Assembly (NCBI GenBank): GCA_026397155.1
Contig: JAPLVJ010000052.1
Location: 1-53,958, forward strand
Length of the DNA stretch: 53,958 nt
Direction of reading: 5' to 3'
DNA from: Candidatus Berkelbacteria bacterium
GTDB taxonomy: Bacteria > Patescibacteriota > UBA1384 > JAPLVJ01
Position 1 is the stretch's first letter, and the number at the start of each line of letters is the position of its first letter. Made by a program: the position numbers and the translations under genes. The notes under the pieces were generated by a model. It had not been told where the DNA came from. It worked only from the letters and a program-made list of their open reading frames with translations, and did not search any database. This document shows positions 52,997-53,958 of the stretch, in pieces.

Positions 52997-53958
52997 ATGA
53001 TTTTACCCATCTTAAAAATTCCATCTAAAGGACTTTATCAAAAATCACAAGAAATCAGCAGAATCGATGATAAGATAATCCAACTATCAAAAGATGTGCT
53101 CGAAACAAAACGAGCTAACTTTGGTGTAGGTCTAGCCGCCCCTCAGGTCGGAAAACTAATGAGAATTATTGTTCTGGGCAATCTAGAGCATCAAGAAAAA
53201 AAAGAACTAAAAATCCCTGAACAAATCTTAATCAACCCATTTATTGTTAAAAAAAGCTCTGAAACTGAAATTGCAGATGAAGGATGTTTATCATTACCTG
53301 GACTTACTGGTAAAGTATCAAGGCATAAAGAAATCAACATTAAAGCAACTTCTCTAGAAATTATTGGCAATAAAACTCAAACAAAAAAAATACAATTTAA
53401 GGCAAAAAATTTCCAGGCCAGGGTAATTCAACATGAAATAGATCACCTAGATGGCATTCTCTTTTCAGATAAAGTTGAGGATGTAAAGACAATAAAAAGA
53501 ATACCCACTCCATATAAGATTGTTTTTTTGGGCACCCCAGAGTTTGCAGTTCCTGTCTTGGAAAGTTTAATTAAAAATAACTGGAGTATTTCACTGGTTA
53601 TTACTGAACCAGACAAACCAGTTGGGCGAAAGCAAATTCTTACTCCCCCACCAATTAAAAAAATTGCCTCTAAATATAAGCTATTAGTTTATCAACCAGA
53701 AAAACTCAGTAGCATTAAATCGTCTTTAAAAAACTTACAACCAGATGTAATCATCTTGGCCGCCTATGGCAAAATTTTACCAAAGGAAATCGTTGATGCT
53801 CCACTTTATGGTTCTTTGTGTCTGCATCCATCATTATTACCAAAATATCGTGGTCCTTCCCCTATCCAAGAAATGATCTTGAGTGATGAAAAACAAATAG
53901 GTGCAACATTATTTAAGATGGATGAAAAAGTTGACCATGGCCCAATTATTGCTAACAT
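52997..53958 (+). CDS. Single ORF fusing peptide deformylase (N-terminal) to methionyl-tRNA formyltransferase (C-terminal). It runs off the window end.
   Basis: This is my own translation, because the ORF has no stop in the window and is not in the ORF track. The Def motifs are GVGLAAPQ, EGCLSLPG and HEIDHLDG (HEIDH begins with CAT at 53432). The frame then continues without a stop as ..SDKVEDVKTIKRIPTPYKIVFLGTPEFAVPVLESL..ITEPDKPVGRK..LHPSLLPKYRGPSPIQ, which are Fmt N-domain motifs. Confidence 0.85.
   Translation, partial: MILPILKIPSKGLYQKSQEISRIDDKIIQLSKDVLETKRANFGVGLAAPQVGKLMRIIVLGNLEHQEKKELKIPEQILINPFIVKKSSETEIADEGCLSLPGLTGKVSRHKEINIKATSLEIIGNKTQTKKIQFKAKNFQARVIQHEIDHLDGILFSDKVEDVKTIKRIPTPYKIVFLGTPEFAVPVLESLIKNNWSISLVITEPDKPVGRKQILTPPPIKKIASKYKLLVYQPEKLSSIKSSLKNLQPDVIILAAYGKILPKEIVDAPLYGSLCLHPSLLPKYRGPSPIQEMILSDEKQIGATLFKMDEKVDHGPIIAN

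Noticed and set aside
1-53958. Alternative genetic code (UGA reassigned, as in some candidate phyla)
   Set aside because: TGA terminates conserved proteins at their expected C-termini (mraZ at 33755-33757 and fpg at 38478-38480), and all conserved genes are uninterrupted under the standard code.
1-53958. CRISPR arrays, integrases, transposases or prophage content, especially next to the two tRNA genes
   Set aside because: I saw no regularly spaced direct repeats and no ORF with recombinase or transposase motifs. The tRNA flanks are ordinary housekeeping genes.

Overview
This is an AT-rich bacterial chromosomal segment that is almost entirely housekeeping. It is densely packed, with many 1-4 nt stop/start overlaps, and a long co-directional minus-strand block runs from about 2.9 kb to 43.2 kb. 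I call about 48 protein genes and 2 tRNAs (Pro-GGG, Val-CAC). I found no rRNA, CRISPR array or recognisable mobile element.

The core is a division/cell-wall (dcw) cluster at 20.8-34.2 kb on the minus strand: mraZ-rsmH-ftsL-ftsI-murF-mraY-murD-ftsW-murG-murC-murB-ddl-ftsQ. It lacks murE and ftsA/ftsZ.

Around it are:
- aminoacyl-tRNA synthetases (argS, tyrS, glyQS);
- DNA repair and replication genes (radA, recJ, recO, uvrA, mutM, a stand-alone LigD-type 3'-phosphoesterase, priA);
- a class A PBP, murI, the infC-rpmI-rplT operon, lepB, pyrG, thpR, a bactofilin and a GT4 glycosyltransferase.

The small genes, gene fusions, giant surface protein and low GC resemble reduced-genome Patescibacteria/CPR-like bacteria. 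That placement is inference only. The standard genetic code fits, because TGA terminates conserved genes.

The most unusual content is:
1. a translationally coupled three-gene operon encoding a 1775-aa repeat-rich surface protein, an 89-aa two-TM protein and a fused MacB-type ABC ATPase-permease (11.5-19.0 kb);
2. a leader-peptide/terminator attenuator in front of a compositionally atypical Cys/His-rich 121-aa orphan gene, preceded by a GC-rich three-way-junction RNA fold (37.8-38.45 kb);
3. a promoter-proximal ~135-nt rod-shaped RNA fold at 757-892;
4. a single ORF fusing peptide deformylase to methionyl-tRNA formyltransferase at the right edge;
5. a PriA whose helicase motifs are degenerate;
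6. a uvrA / flavin-reductase-like / LigD-PE / fpg operon;
7. a clear MraZ operator array and a non-AUG infC start.

All RNA folds, promoters and motif calls were made by eye and need computational confirmation.
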